Assembly: GCA_964356325.1 (NCBI GenBank)
Contig: CAYHHL010000008.1
Span: 342 to 56,193 of the forward strand
Source: an uncultured Enterobacteriaceae bacterium
Lineage (GTDB): Bacteria > Myxococcota_A > UBA9042
Direction of reading: 5' to 3'
Length of the DNA: 55,852 bases
The notes under the pieces are model-generated. The model did not search any database, was not told the origin of the DNA, and worked only from the letters and a program-made list of their open reading frames with translations. How positions within the stretch are numbered: the stretch's first letter is position 1; each line of letters begins with the position of its first letter. Both the position numbers and the translations under genes were made by a program. Below, in pieces: positions 17,863 through 27,774 of the stretch.

Positions 17863-19962
17863 TCACGGCCAAGCCACTGCCTTCGTCTCGCCGGCGCCCA
17901 CGTCGCCCACCTTGGTCTTGGCGCCATTGGGCCAGGTGATGGTCACGTCGGTCGCCTTGTCGGCGGTGCCAAGGCCAAAATGCGCGACGCGGCTTCGGGT
18001 TCCGCCAGTGCCACCCGTGCCGTTGAGCCAGCGCGTGCGCAAATGGCCGTCGATCTTGGCCGATACCACGGTGCCCAGGGCGTCGAGGTTACCCTTCTTG
18101 CCGGTGACTTTGACCAGGCAGCTCTTGCCCTTGTTGGGCACGTCGTTGCGCACGATGCGCACCATCGACGTCATGTTGACGTTGGGGCGGGTCTGCACGA
18201 GGTCGAGGTCGCCGTCGCCGTCCAGGTCGAGGACGCCCTGGGTCACCATTGCGAAATGCGAATACGGGCCGCTGGGAAACTGGTGCGCGGTAAAGGTCGA
18301 ACTGCTGCCGTTCGACAAGAACAGGACGTCCGGGTTGGGGTGGCCAGCATACGGCTTCTTCGGCGTACCCGTGCAACCGGCAGCGACTTTGGGGAATTCA
18401 GCCAGCGTGGTCGCAATCGAAATGCCGAGCATGATGTCGTCACGGCCATCCTGGTCGAAGTCGGCCACCAGCGGCGACCAACTGCTTGCGGCCCATGTCG
18501 GTCCCCAGACTCCACGCGCGCCGCCGTCGTCGATGAAACCGACTGGTTTACCTGAACTTGCCTTGACCTGCAGGTACAGCGGATTCGGCCCGGCGTCGGC
18601 CATGACCAGATCCGCCAGGCCGTCGCCGTTGAAGTCGCCGATGCCCCACCCCATGCCGTGGCCATAGGCGTGAAAGCCGATGTCTTCGCTGTGGGCCTCG
18701 AAGCTGCCGCCCAGGTTGCGCAGCAGGCGGTGGGCCCCGAAGTCGTCGCCCACCAGGACGTCCATCTTGCCGTCGGCGTCCACGTCCGCCGGCATGGCGT
18801 TGGACCAGATGCCGCCGGCGGGAACCTTCCAGGCCGTCGTGTCGTCGGTCATCGGCAGCTTGGCGCCTTGGATGAGAACGCGGTCCTGCAGTTCTTGCGG
18901 CGACTCTGGAAACGGCATCGCCATGGTGCAGATGAAGTCGGTGTCGTCATAATCGCAAGTCAGCGATCCGCAAGCAGGTCCGCCACCGTCGGGCGTGACC
19001 GGGGTGACACCGGCGCCCACGAAGATGTCGAGGTCGCCATCGCCGTCGAGATCGACCGGAGCCAGCGTCAATGTTGCGAAATCCATGATGAAGGGTAGCC
19101 ATTTGGCGCTCTGGTCGACGAACCCGCCCTTGCCGTCGCCCATGTAGAGCGCAGCGCCAGCGTGGCCACCGACCAGCAGGTCGAGTTTGCCGTCGCTGTC
19201 CATGTCGACCAGCGAGCACCCCGTCGTCGGCAAGAGCAGCGAGGTGTCGAACGGCGTGAACACGTGCTGGACCTTTGCGCCGCCGAGCAACACGGTGTGA
19301 ATCGTCGCCTTGGTCGTGTCCAGCTCGATGACGAGGAAGTCGTCCTGGGTGTTGCCGTCGATGTCGCCGATGCCGACGCAAGCACCGTGAATCTTCATGG
19401 GGTTGATAGCGAAGGCGGCAGTCACGTCGGTGAAAGGTGCGATCGGCAACGAGGTCGGATCCTGCGGGCCGATCTTCGGCGGCGCCGCGTCGACTTCGGC
19501 TGCCTTGCCTGAATCCTGGTCGCCAGCGTCGACTGCCACGGAGTCGGTATCGGCCGCAGCCTCGCTCGTCGTTTCCATGATATCGGGTACGTCGACAGCG
19601 TCTGCTGCATCCGACGACGCCACGTCGGCGCCGCCACCATCCGTATCGGCTTCTGAGGACTCAGCGGCATCCTCTTGAGCGTCTTCTTGCGAGATGTCAG
19701 GTAGTTCGCTCGCCAAGGCAGCGTCCAGTTCGTTCGTGTCCAGGTCACCCGCGTCCAAGTCGCTCGGGTCCAGATCACTCGCACCCAGGCCGGCGGCGTC
19801 CGCTTGCCCAGCCGTATCGACCGCGGCAACACCTTTTACCTCTAGCTCGGCAACGTCGGCCGTGGACAGCGCGCGGGCGCCCATCGCCGGTTCTGCCGCT
19901 GTCGAACACCCGGCGGCTTGGACCGCCGCGATCACGAGAGAGAGGCGCCAGCTTCGCGTCAC
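17863..19962 (-). CDS. CRTAC1 / ASPIC-UnbV family FG-GAP repeat lipoprotein (paralog 3)
   Basis: Lipobox AAGC, FG-GAP repeats, and RIVRND...HFGLG...ITWPNG. Long stretches are identical to paralog 1 (e.g. GAALYMGDGKGGFVDQSAKWLPFIMDF). GTG start inferred. Confidence 0.85.
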   Translation of the reverse strand: MTRSWRLSLVIAAVQAAGCSTAAEPAMGARALSTADVAELEVKGVAAVDTAGQADAAGLGASDLDPSDLDAGDLDTNELDAALASELPDISQEDAQEDAAESSEADTDGGGADVASSDAADAVDVPDIMETTSEAAADTDSVAVDAGDQDSGKAAEVDAAPPKIGPQDPTSLPIAPFTDVTAAFAINPMKIHGACVGIGDIDGNTQDDFLVIELDTTKATIHTVLLGGAKVQHVFTPFDTSLLLPTTGCSLVDMDSDGKLDLLVGGHAGAALYMGDGKGGFVDQSAKWLPFIMDFATLTLAPVDLDGDGDLDIFVGAGVTPVTPDGGGPACGSLTCDYDDTDFICTMAMPFPESPQELQDRVLIQGAKLPMTDDTTAWKVPAGGIWSNAMPADVDADGKMDVLVGDDFGAHRLLRNLGGSFEAHSEDIGFHAYGHGMGWGIGDFNGDGLADLVMADAGPNPLYLQVKASSGKPVGFIDDGGARGVWGPTWAASSWSPLVADFDQDGRDDIMLGISIATTLAEFPKVAAGCTGTPKKPYAGHPNPDVLFLSNGSSSTFTAHQFPSGPYSHFAMVTQGVLDLDGDGDLDLVQTRPNVNMTSMVRIVRNDVPNKGKSCLVKVTGKKGNLDALGTVVSAKIDGHLRTRWLNGTGGTGGTRSRVAHFGLGTADKATDVTITWPNGAKTKVGDVGAGETKAVAWP

Positions 19963-20150
19963 GACAGTTCCTGAGCCGGAGCGCAGTGGTTGGGTACACC
20001 CGGGCGGCCATCCGATGCTAGCAGGCGCCGCGGGGGAGCGACAGGGCGGATTTCCGCGCCAGGGTTGCAACACGGCCAGTGACATTTTCGGCAGCGTTGG
20101 CTATCTTGGTCAAGGAGTTCGCGCCAGCGTCGGCGCCCGGGGAGCGCGCG

Positions 20151-20957
20151 ATGGCCTGCGGATACCCATTGCCGGTACAAAGACCACGGTTGGACGCGGT
20201 GCCGCGGTGGCTGGTGGCTGCGGTCGCGTGCGTGTTGTGCGCGGCATGCCACGTTCCGGCGGTCGACGCGCAAAAGGCCGACGCATGTCCATGCCAAGCG
20301 GCCGAGGCGGTCGTGTCGCCACCCTCGGATGTCAGCGCGCTCGGGGCCAGCGCCGACGCCACGCCGATCGCCGACTCGTCGGGAATCTGCCCTGGACCCG
20401 AGAAACCGGGCCCCGACACCTTTGTCGGCGACGTGCCGATGCCGGCGGGCGCGCCGTGCGACAGCGGCGCGCCTGCGTTCTTCAAGGGCACGCCGCCACC
20501 AGCAAAATCATTGCCTATCGAACTCGGACGCGTCGATAATACAGGCAAATTCATCCCTTACGAGGATGGCGGCTGGATCGCGATGGAGCATGGTGTCCAA
20601 GGTGGAATGCACGTGTGGGTCGCGGCGCGGGTCACGCTGCCCGGCAAGACCGACCCGAAGCTGAAGATCCAGACCGAGACGCTGTTGACCAGCGGTTGCA
20701 GCCAAGCCGGGTACAGCCCGTCCCCTGTCGTTTATGCCTCTTCGCAGCCGGACGGGACGTATGTAGTCGGGAGCGCAAGCTCGCCCGGAATCCAGGTTTT
20801 CGTCGGGACCGGAACGGATGGCTCGGCGGCAAAATTCTGCAACAAATGGTATGATGTGCACGTGGCGTGCCGACTCATGCTGGCGACCGGCGGGTTCGGC
20901 CCCTGGGGCACGGCCAGCGTGCGCATGCGCAGCTACGACATGAAGAACGTGCAGTAG
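20151..20957 (+). CDS. Hypothetical lipoprotein (myxobacterial 'GxQGGxHxW' type)
   Basis: Hydrophobic segment ending CAAC, and motif EHGVQGGMHVWVAAR. Start uncertain. Confidence 0.6.
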   Translation: MACGYPLPVQRPRLDAVPRWLVAAVACVLCAACHVPAVDAQKADACPCQAAEAVVSPPSDVSALGASADATPIADSSGICPGPEKPGPDTFVGDVPMPAGAPCDSGAPAFFKGTPPPAKSLPIELGRVDNTGKFIPYEDGGWIAMEHGVQGGMHVWVAARVTLPGKTDPKLKIQTETLLTSGCSQAGYSPSPVVYASSQPDGTYVVGSASSPGIQVFVGTGTDGSAAKFCNKWYDVHVACRLMLATGGFGPWGTASVRMRSYDMKNVQ

Positions 20958-21013
20958 CCGACGCTTTGACCTTCCAAGCGGCGGGCTTGTCTGGGCCGGC
21001 CCCCAGCGGCTGC

Positions 21014-21886
21014 TCAGGCCGTGAACAGCAAGGCGATGCCGCCGACCGCGAGCAGGGTCCCGACGATCGCCGGCACCGTCACCGCCTCACCGAGAAAGAT
21101 CGCCGCCAACGGCAGCACGAACAACGGCTCGGTCGCGTGAACACTGGCAGCGACGGAGAGGTCGACGTACTTGAGCGACGCGTGCAGGGCCCAAAACCCG
21201 CCCAAGGTGATGACAGCCACAGCGACGAGCAAGCGGGCCAGCAGGCGCGGCCGAAGACAGGCTGCCACCTCGGCGATCAGGCTTCGGCGCGCGACGCCGA
21301 CGGCAATCAGGCCAGCAGTGCCGAAGCCCACGCGCACGACCGTGGCATCGAGAGCCGCCACCGTTTCCAGTCCCTTCTTTGCCACCACGGTGCCCAAGGC
21401 CATTGTCACGACCGCGGCCAGACCGAACAGGATTCCACGCCGCCTCGTGCCGTCGCTCCGCGCTGTTTGGGCCAAGAGTACTGTCGCCACCCCGGCGATG
21501 ACGAGCGCAATGCCGTACCATGCCTGACGATTCGGCGACTCGCCCAGAAGTGCGACGGCGAGCAGCACGGTCAGGGCCGGCGCCAGCATGGACAGCACGA
21601 CGACCGCGTGGGCGCCGAGGTCTCGCAGCGCCGCGAAGAAGAACGTATCGCCCAGCGTGATGCCCAACACGCCGCTCGCGCCCAGGATCCACAGTTCCGA
21701 CGGGCTGACCGAAACCGAACCCGACACCAGGACGACGCCGGCAAGCAGCACAAGGCCTAGCGCAGAACTCATGAGATTAAGAGCAAAAGCAGAGATATCG
21801 CCGCCGAGTTGCTTATACAACGTCGAGCCGATGGCCCAGGACAGGGCTGACAGCAGCGCCAGGCTGATGCCGATAGTCGTGTCCAT
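21014..21886 (-). CDS. DMT/EamA family transporter
   Basis: About 10 TM helices in two repeats. Motifs GISLALLSALSWA, GITLGDTFFFAAL, LLGE, TEPLFVLPLAAIFLGE. Confidence 0.9.
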   Translation of the reverse strand: MDTTIGISLALLSALSWAIGSTLYKQLGGDISAFALNLMSSALGLVLLAGVVLVSGSVSVSPSELWILGASGVLGITLGDTFFFAALRDLGAHAVVVLSMLAPALTVLLAVALLGESPNRQAWYGIALVIAGVATVLLAQTARSDGTRRRGILFGLAAVVTMALGTVVAKKGLETVAALDATVVRVGFGTAGLIAVGVARRSLIAEVAACLRPRLLARLLVAVAVITLGGFWALHASLKYVDLSVAASVHATEPLFVLPLAAIFLGEAVTVPAIVGTLLAVGGIALLFTA

Positions 21887-22065
21887 CGTCGTGTGCCTCC
21901 TGACCCGGATCCGCCCGACCCACGTGGTCACGGCGGCTCGCAGACTAGCGCAATCGCGGCGGTCTGGGGGAGGATGCAGGCGAACTCCTACCGCAGCCAG
22001 GTCGTTGCGGGCATAGTGTAGAACTCGGCGTTCGGGCTGGCCCCGATGTGCCGCGCGGGAAGCCA

Positions 22066-22809
22066 ATGACGAGTGCCAGAATCTGCAAACTGGGGTTGCC
22101 CAGCACCGCGGCGATCGGGCTGGGCGCCTTGCTGCCGGTGCTGTTGCTCGGCTTCTGGCCCAACTACTTCGCCAAGTTCGGTTCGCAGCGGGCAGGACTG
22201 CACATCCACGCCGCCATCATGTTCCTCTGGGTGGGCCTGATGATCGCGCAAGCGTGGCTGGTGGGCAGCCGGCGCCTGACACTGCACCGGATGTTGGGCA
22301 AGCTTTCGATCGTGCTCGCGTTATTGCTGGTCTGGACCGCGCTTGCCGTCGTCCAGGACTCTCTGCGGCCGGCCGGCGGGCGGGTGACCGGGCCTCATAG
22401 GCAGTTGCTGGTCTTGCCCCTTGGCGGCTTGGTCTTGTTCGTGACGGGGTATGTCTTCGCGCTCGTCTTTCGCCGCGACCGAGCGCTGCACCGCCGCTAT
22501 GTGGTGCTGACCGGTCTTGGCCTTGCCGGTGCTGGCATCAACCGTCTGTTCTTGTTCTATATTCCTGGGTTTTCCGATCCCGGATGGGCCGGTCACGGCA
22601 GTCTGCTGACCATGGAATTGCTGACGCTTGTGCTGGTCGCCAACGACGCCGGCCAGGGCAAGGTGCGGGCGCCGTTTGTCGTCGCACTCGGACTGTTCGG
22701 CCTGAACCATCTGTTCTACGCCGTGGCAGCGGAATCGACGTCGTGGCAGGCGGTTACCGAAGCATTTGCGGCGATGCCGTCGCTTGCGCCCTGGGGGCCG
22801 CCTCGCTAG
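22066..22809 (+). CDS. Hypothetical integral membrane protein with conserved His residues
   Basis: GFWPNYF, HIHAAIMFLW, LHRMLG, HRRY, and about 7 hydrophobic segments. Confidence 0.7.
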   Translation: MTSARICKLGLPSTAAIGLGALLPVLLLGFWPNYFAKFGSQRAGLHIHAAIMFLWVGLMIAQAWLVGSRRLTLHRMLGKLSIVLALLLVWTALAVVQDSLRPAGGRVTGPHRQLLVLPLGGLVLFVTGYVFALVFRRDRALHRRYVVLTGLGLAGAGINRLFLFYIPGFSDPGWAGHGSLLTMELLTLVLVANDAGQGKVRAPFVVALGLFGLNHLFYAVAAESTSWQAVTEAFAAMPSLAPWGPPR

Positions 22810-22942
22810 GCTAGGACGTTCGGCCCCGAGTCGGGATTGCCTCTGCGCACATGCCCACTTCGTAGACATCGCCACGAAGGTGGCGTATCGTTCTCGGGCA
22901 CGTTGTGTGCTTGAAAAGACGACGCGCACAGGGCAGAACCCT

Positions 22943-23749
22943 TTGGTCTCCAGATTCGCCATCGAGCCCGACGTTCCTCGCGATCCGCTCGCCGCAGCCG
23001 AAAGCGCGTCCTGGGCGACCCGCCGGTGCGCAGCCGTGGCCGGCCTCGCTTTGGATCCGCGCGCCCGGGCGTTGTTGGATTCGTTGCAGGGCCTGGACGA
23101 ACTGCTCGATGGCCTGGAACGCGACGCTGCCAATCCCGATGCGCTGTTGGACGCCGACGCCGATTGGCCCGAGACCGACGCCGAGGCGATCGAGCTGTCT
23201 GACGACGAGGTGATGGACGTCGAGCCGGTGGACGTCGCCGAAGCGTTCGTTCAGGCCGGCACGCGCGACCGCCACCAGTTCGCCTCGGCCGACACGATCG
23301 TGCTGTCCGGGCCCGACATCAAGCGCAAGATCCGCCACAAGCAATCGATCATGCCCTCGTACGTGGCCCAGGTGCTGTACGAGGACATCGGCGCGCTGTT
23401 CGAGATCGGCGACCGCGAAGGGGCGTTGATCTCGCTGGAACGCCTGCTGACGATCGCGCCGATCACGCCCTCGGTCATGGCCTTCCTCGACCACAACGAG
23501 GCGCGGCTGCTCGAGTATTACGAAAGCACGCTCGGGCCCTGGACGCGTTCGGTGCGCCTGAAGCCGACGGCTGAGCAGGCAATGCCGGGCGGCTACTTCC
23601 AGATCGAGAAGATGGCGACGATCGTGGCGTTGTTGGACGGTCGGCCGGTCTCCGAAGTGCTCGCGGCTTCCGGGCTGCGGCCGATCGAAGCCTGTGCGGT
23701 GCTCTCGCAACTCGCGCGTTCGGCCAGCCTGGACCTGGGCGACGTCTGA
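22943..23749 (+). CDS. Hypothetical protein (acidic N-terminus, TPR-like helix pair, C-terminal winged-helix-like myxobacterial domain)
   Basis: Acidic region, GDREGALISLERLL, and C-terminal LLDGRPVSEVLAASGLRPIEACAVLSQL. Start uncertain. Confidence 0.6.
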   Translation: MVSRFAIEPDVPRDPLAAAESASWATRRCAAVAGLALDPRARALLDSLQGLDELLDGLERDAANPDALLDADADWPETDAEAIELSDDEVMDVEPVDVAEAFVQAGTRDRHQFASADTIVLSGPDIKRKIRHKQSIMPSYVAQVLYEDIGALFEIGDREGALISLERLLTIAPITPSVMAFLDHNEARLLEYYESTLGPWTRSVRLKPTAEQAMPGGYFQIEKMATIVALLDGRPVSEVLAASGLRPIEACAVLSQLARSASLDLGDV

Positions 23750-23830
23750 ACGACGATCGCAGTGAACCTCATGCAATCGCTACGGTAGCTTGTGTCGCGC
23801 GCGCGGCCGGCGCCGGGATCGGAGCTCGCG

Positions 23831-25522
23831 ATGGACATTGGCAAGCCCGCGGATGGCAAGCGCACGGAACTCGAGGTGGCGCGCGCGGCGTGGCTGGGGC
23901 GGGTGCTGCAACCGGCGCTGAGGAAGCCGTTGCGGCGCGAGACGTTCCGACGCTCGACCGGCGACGAGCTCGAGGCCCTGTATGGACCGCGGCCGACTGA
24001 TGGCGACGCGGACTACCTGCGCGACATCGGCTTTCCGGGCCAGTACCCGTTCACCCGCGGCGTGCAGGCGACGATGTACCGCGGCAGGCTGTGGACCATG
24101 CGTCAATACGCGGGGTTCGGGACGGCGGCCGAGAGCAATGCGCGCTACCGGTACCTGCTCGATCGCGGCCAGACCGGGCTTTCGGTGGCGTTCGATCTGC
24201 CCACCCAGATGGGCTTCGATCCGGACGATGCGATGGCGGGCGGTGAGGTCGGCAAAGTCGGCGTTTCTATTGCGAGTTTGGAGGACATGGCGATCCTGAC
24301 CGACGGCATCCCCCTGGACCGGGTCAGCGTCTCGATGACGATCAACGCCACGGCCTCGACGTTGCTGGCCTATTTGATCGCAGTGGCCGAGCAGCGCGGC
24401 ATCGACCCCAAGCAGCTGCAGGGCACGGTGCAGAACGATATCCTGAAGGAATACATGGCGCGCGGCACGTACATCTACCCGCCGCGGCCCTCGATGCGCG
24501 TCATCACCGACCTGTTCAGCTACTGCGCGGACAACGTCCCGAAGTGGAACACGATCTCGGTCAGCGGCTACCACGTGCGCGAGGCAGGTTGCGACGCGGC
24601 GCAGGAGATCGCCTTCACGCTGGCCGACGGCATCGCCTACGTGCAGGCGGCCATCGACGCGGGCTTGGACGTCGACGACTTCGCCGGGCGCGTCGCGTTC
24701 TTCTTCAACGGCCACAACAACTTCTTGGAAGAGGTCAGCAAGTTCCGGGCGGCGCGGCGGATGTGGGCGCGGATCATGCGCGAGCGCTTCGGGGCCAAGA
24801 AGGAAGACAGCTGGAAGATGCGTTTCCACACGCAAACAGGCGGTTCCACGCTGACGGCGCAGCAGCCGGACAACAACATCGTGCGCGTGACGGTGCAGGC
24901 GCTAGCGGCGGTGCTCGGTGGCACGCAATCGCTGCACACCAACTCCAGGGACGAAGCGCTGGGCTTGCCGACCGAGGCCGCGGCGCAGATCGCCTTGAGG
25001 ACACAGCAGATCCTGGCTTTCGAATCGGGCGTGGGCGACGTGGTCGATCCGCTGGCCGGCAGCTACGTCATCGAGCAATGGACCGACGCGCTGGAGGCCA
25101 AGGCCCTGGACTACATCAAGCGCATCGACGAGTACGGCGGCATGGTGGCGGCCATCGAAAAGGGCTATCCGCAGCGGGAGATCCAGGACAGCGCCTACCG
25201 GTTCCAGCAAGCGGTGGAAAAGGCCGAGCAGGTGGTCGTCGGCGTGAACCAGTTTCGCCAGGAGAACGAGCCGCTGATCAAGGTGTTGCGCGTCGATCCG
25301 GCGGTGGAGCAGGCCCAGGTCGAGCGCGTGCAGGCGGTGCGGGCCAAGCGCGATGCGGCGGCGCATGCCCAGGCGATGCAGGGCCTGACCGACGCGGCCA
25401 GCCACGGCACCAACGTGATGCCGCACATCGTCGGCGCGGTCAACGCCCTGGCGACGACGGGGGAGATCAGCCACGCGCTGCGCAAGGTGTTCGGCGTGCA
25501 CGAGGAAGTCTTGGTGATTTGA
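23831..25522 (+). CDS. mcmA: Methylmalonyl-CoA mutase, stand-alone catalytic (large) subunit
   Basis: [66 protein letters not shown]. No DxHxxG B12-binding domain. Tyr in RQYAG and Arg in ARGTY match MCM-type specificity. Confidence 0.95.
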   Translation: MDIGKPADGKRTELEVARAAWLGRVLQPALRKPLRRETFRRSTGDELEALYGPRPTDGDADYLRDIGFPGQYPFTRGVQATMYRGRLWTMRQYAGFGTAAESNARYRYLLDRGQTGLSVAFDLPTQMGFDPDDAMAGGEVGKVGVSIASLEDMAILTDGIPLDRVSVSMTINATASTLLAYLIAVAEQRGIDPKQLQGTVQNDILKEYMARGTYIYPPRPSMRVITDLFSYCADNVPKWNTISVSGYHVREAGCDAAQEIAFTLADGIAYVQAAIDAGLDVDDFAGRVAFFFNGHNNFLEEVSKFRAARRMWARIMRERFGAKKEDSWKMRFHTQTGGSTLTAQQPDNNIVRVTVQALAAVLGGTQSLHTNSRDEALGLPTEAAAQIALRTQQILAFESGVGDVVDPLAGSYVIEQWTDALEAKALDYIKRIDEYGGMVAAIEKGYPQREIQDSAYRFQQAVEKAEQVVVGVNQFRQENEPLIKVLRVDPAVEQAQVERVQAVRAKRDAAAHAQAMQGLTDAASHGTNVMPHIVGAVNALATTGEISHALRKVFGVHEEVLVI

Positions 25523-25528
25523 GCGGTT

Positions 25529-26461
25529 CTACGCCGCTTCGATCGCGCCTGGCTTGTCGCGATCCCAGCCCAGCCGCTCGCGCAAGAACTTCGTGGTCCG
25601 CAAGTGGATCAGCTCTGGGAACTCGAGCGGCGTGTAGTGCGTGCCCGAGGGAATCACCAGGAGTTCCGCGCCCGGGATTTTTGCCGCCATTTCACGGCTT
25701 TGGCTGATGGGCGTGAACAGGTCGCGATCGCCGGTGATGATGAGCGTCGGCACCTGGACGTGCGGCAACATCGCCTGGGCACAGTGATCGCCCAGGCTGT
25801 TCAGCGTCGCCATGTAGCGCGGCATGTGCAACCCCGCGACTTCAGAGGCGAGCTTGAGGAACATGTCCTCAGCCAGCGAATCCGAGACCAGGCCGAGCGT
25901 CTTCAGCACCCTCAGGGCGATGCGCGTCTTGACGACCTTCTGTGCATAGGGCTGGAAGCGTTCGGAAAGATGCGCCAGTGGTTCGATCGCCCGCATGATG
26001 GCCGGCAGCATCGGCACGAGCGGCGACTTGCCCAGCACCGGGCCGAACGCGGTGGCAAAGACCCGTCCGTACGTGCCGTTGACCAGCACCATGCCGAGCA
26101 CGCGTGCGGTGTGGTGGCGGTAGAACTCGAAGCAGACCTGTACGCCCATCGACCAGCCGACGCAGATGGCCTTGTCGACGCCGAAGTGGTCCATGACCAC
26201 GCGCATGTCCTCGGCCTGCGTGCTGACCGTGTAGTCCGTGCCGCCGCCGGCCGTCGCGCCCGACTTGTAGAGTCCGCGATAATCCCATGAAATAATGCGA
26301 TGTTGTGTACCGAAGTAGTCGATGAAGTAACGCCAGGCGTCGATGTTGCCGCCCAGGCCGTTGGCAAGGATGAACACCGGACCGGGGCCGCCACCGCATT
26401 CGAATGCCGCGAGATCAGTGCCGTCTCGGGCTATGACGCGGCTTTCGTGGATTTCGATCAT
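25529..26461 (-). CDS. Alpha/beta-fold hydrolase
   Basis: ANGLGG oxyanion region, WDYRG, nucleophile elbow GWSMG, GDRDLFTP, and catalytic GTHY. Confidence 0.9.
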   Translation of the reverse strand: MIEIHESRVIARDGTDLAAFECGGGPGPVFILANGLGGNIDAWRYFIDYFGTQHRIISWDYRGLYKSGATAGGGTDYTVSTQAEDMRVVMDHFGVDKAICVGWSMGVQVCFEFYRHHTARVLGMVLVNGTYGRVFATAFGPVLGKSPLVPMLPAIMRAIEPLAHLSERFQPYAQKVVKTRIALRVLKTLGLVSDSLAEDMFLKLASEVAGLHMPRYMATLNSLGDHCAQAMLPHVQVPTLIITGDRDLFTPISQSREMAAKIPGAELLVIPSGTHYTPLEFPELIHLRTTKFLRERLGWDRDKPGAIEAA

Positions 26462-26649
26462 GGCCGACTCCGGGGCAAGAACGCGCGCCCAGACGGATCG
26501 GCAGCGCGCGGGGAGTGTGCGCGATCGTGGATGCGCCTGCAAACAGCCCGCTTCCCACCTGCCTTGGAGCGCTCCATAATCCGCCGCGCCCTGGCTCGCC
26601 ATTTCCGCTCTCGCGTGCCCTCGTCCAAGTCGTTCCAGGGTGGAGCTTC

Positions 26650-27771
26650 ATGCCGTTCGACCTCGACCGCGCCGCCCAATCGATTCGCTTGCGCCACCGC
26701 GACACGATGGGTTTTCGCCAGACCCTGCTGGACCACCTGTTCGCGGCGGGCTGTCCGGTGCGTGAGCAGGCGGTGGCGCTCGAGTTCGGCGATGCGGTCT
26801 GCGTGCGCACGAGCGGGCCTGCCGCGCCCAACGATCAGCCGCCCTTGGTGATTGTCGCCGTGGATCTGGACCCGCCGGCGCCGGGGACGGACTGGCCGGC
26901 GCCCTTGCGCTCGCTCGGTGGACCAGCGGTGGCGGTGGCGTGGCTGGCGGCGTTGCGCGCGTTGCTGGCCTTGCACGGGCAGCGGCCTTGGCAGGCGATT
27001 CTGGTGCGCGGTCCAGCACTTGGCTTGCACGACTACCTGGCGAGCCTGCGCGACGGCCTGCCCTCGACCGCTGAACTCGTGCAACTGGTGCCAGGCGCGG
27101 TGGGCACGAGCGCCGCGGACTTGGACCTGGCGCGGTTGGAACTGCTGCGGGCGCGCAACATCTGGCGGCTGCCGGCATGCGACCACAGCTACGTGCTCGA
27201 CGCGGACTTGCCATTCGGTGAAGCATTGCCGCGACTTCGCTCGCTTCTGCGCGAAACGCCCGGGCTGAACTGGACGTTGCACGGGCTGCAAGTAGGCGGC
27301 GTCAAGCTACAGGCCGTGTTGCGGACCTCGCAGGCGTTGGACGGGCAAGGCGGCCTGACCCTGCGCGAAGTGCATGGCGAGCAACGGTTGATGTTCCCGG
27401 TGAACGACGCGTTGACGGCGCTGCAACAGATTGCGCCGCACCTGCCCGCCGGCCTGGGCGAGTCGTTGCTGGCGCCGCCCTGGGCCCAAGGCCTGCCGGA
27501 CGGTCTGCTGGTGCACGCGCTGGTGCCACCGGTCGCCGATGATGTGGAACTGCCGGATCGCTCAGGGGCCATGACCCTGCAATGGCACATCGAGCCCGTG
27601 GCCCGCGCGGTGGGCAACGAAGTGCGGTTGGCGGTGGCGGACGCAGAGGCGGTAGGACCGGTGCCAGTTGGGCTGACGAATCGCCAGGTCTGGCGGCTGC
27701 CGGCGCTGGAATCGGACCAGGAGCTGGGCGGATTGGTCCGCGCGCTGCAGTCGCGTCTCGCCGGCCTGTAG
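26650..27771 (+). CDS. Hypothetical protein, possibly a degenerate M20/ArgE-like fold
   Basis: LVIVAVDLDPPAPG, SLGGPAVAVAWLAALRAL and AILVRGPALG line up in order with M20 motifs but lack the metal ligands. Confidence 0.45.
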   Translation: MPFDLDRAAQSIRLRHRDTMGFRQTLLDHLFAAGCPVREQAVALEFGDAVCVRTSGPAAPNDQPPLVIVAVDLDPPAPGTDWPAPLRSLGGPAVAVAWLAALRALLALHGQRPWQAILVRGPALGLHDYLASLRDGLPSTAELVQLVPGAVGTSAADLDLARLELLRARNIWRLPACDHSYVLDADLPFGEALPRLRSLLRETPGLNWTLHGLQVGGVKLQAVLRTSQALDGQGGLTLREVHGEQRLMFPVNDALTALQQIAPHLPAGLGESLLAPPWAQGLPDGLLVHALVPPVADDVELPDRSGAMTLQWHIEPVARAVGNEVRLAVADAEAVGPVPVGLTNRQVWRLPALESDQELGGLVRALQSRLAGL

Positions 27772-27774
27772 TCC

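Noticed and set aside
23831-25522. Isobutyryl-CoA or other variant mutase, or truncated pseudogene
   Set aside because: Specificity residues are MCM-type, and split large/small subunit mutases are common.
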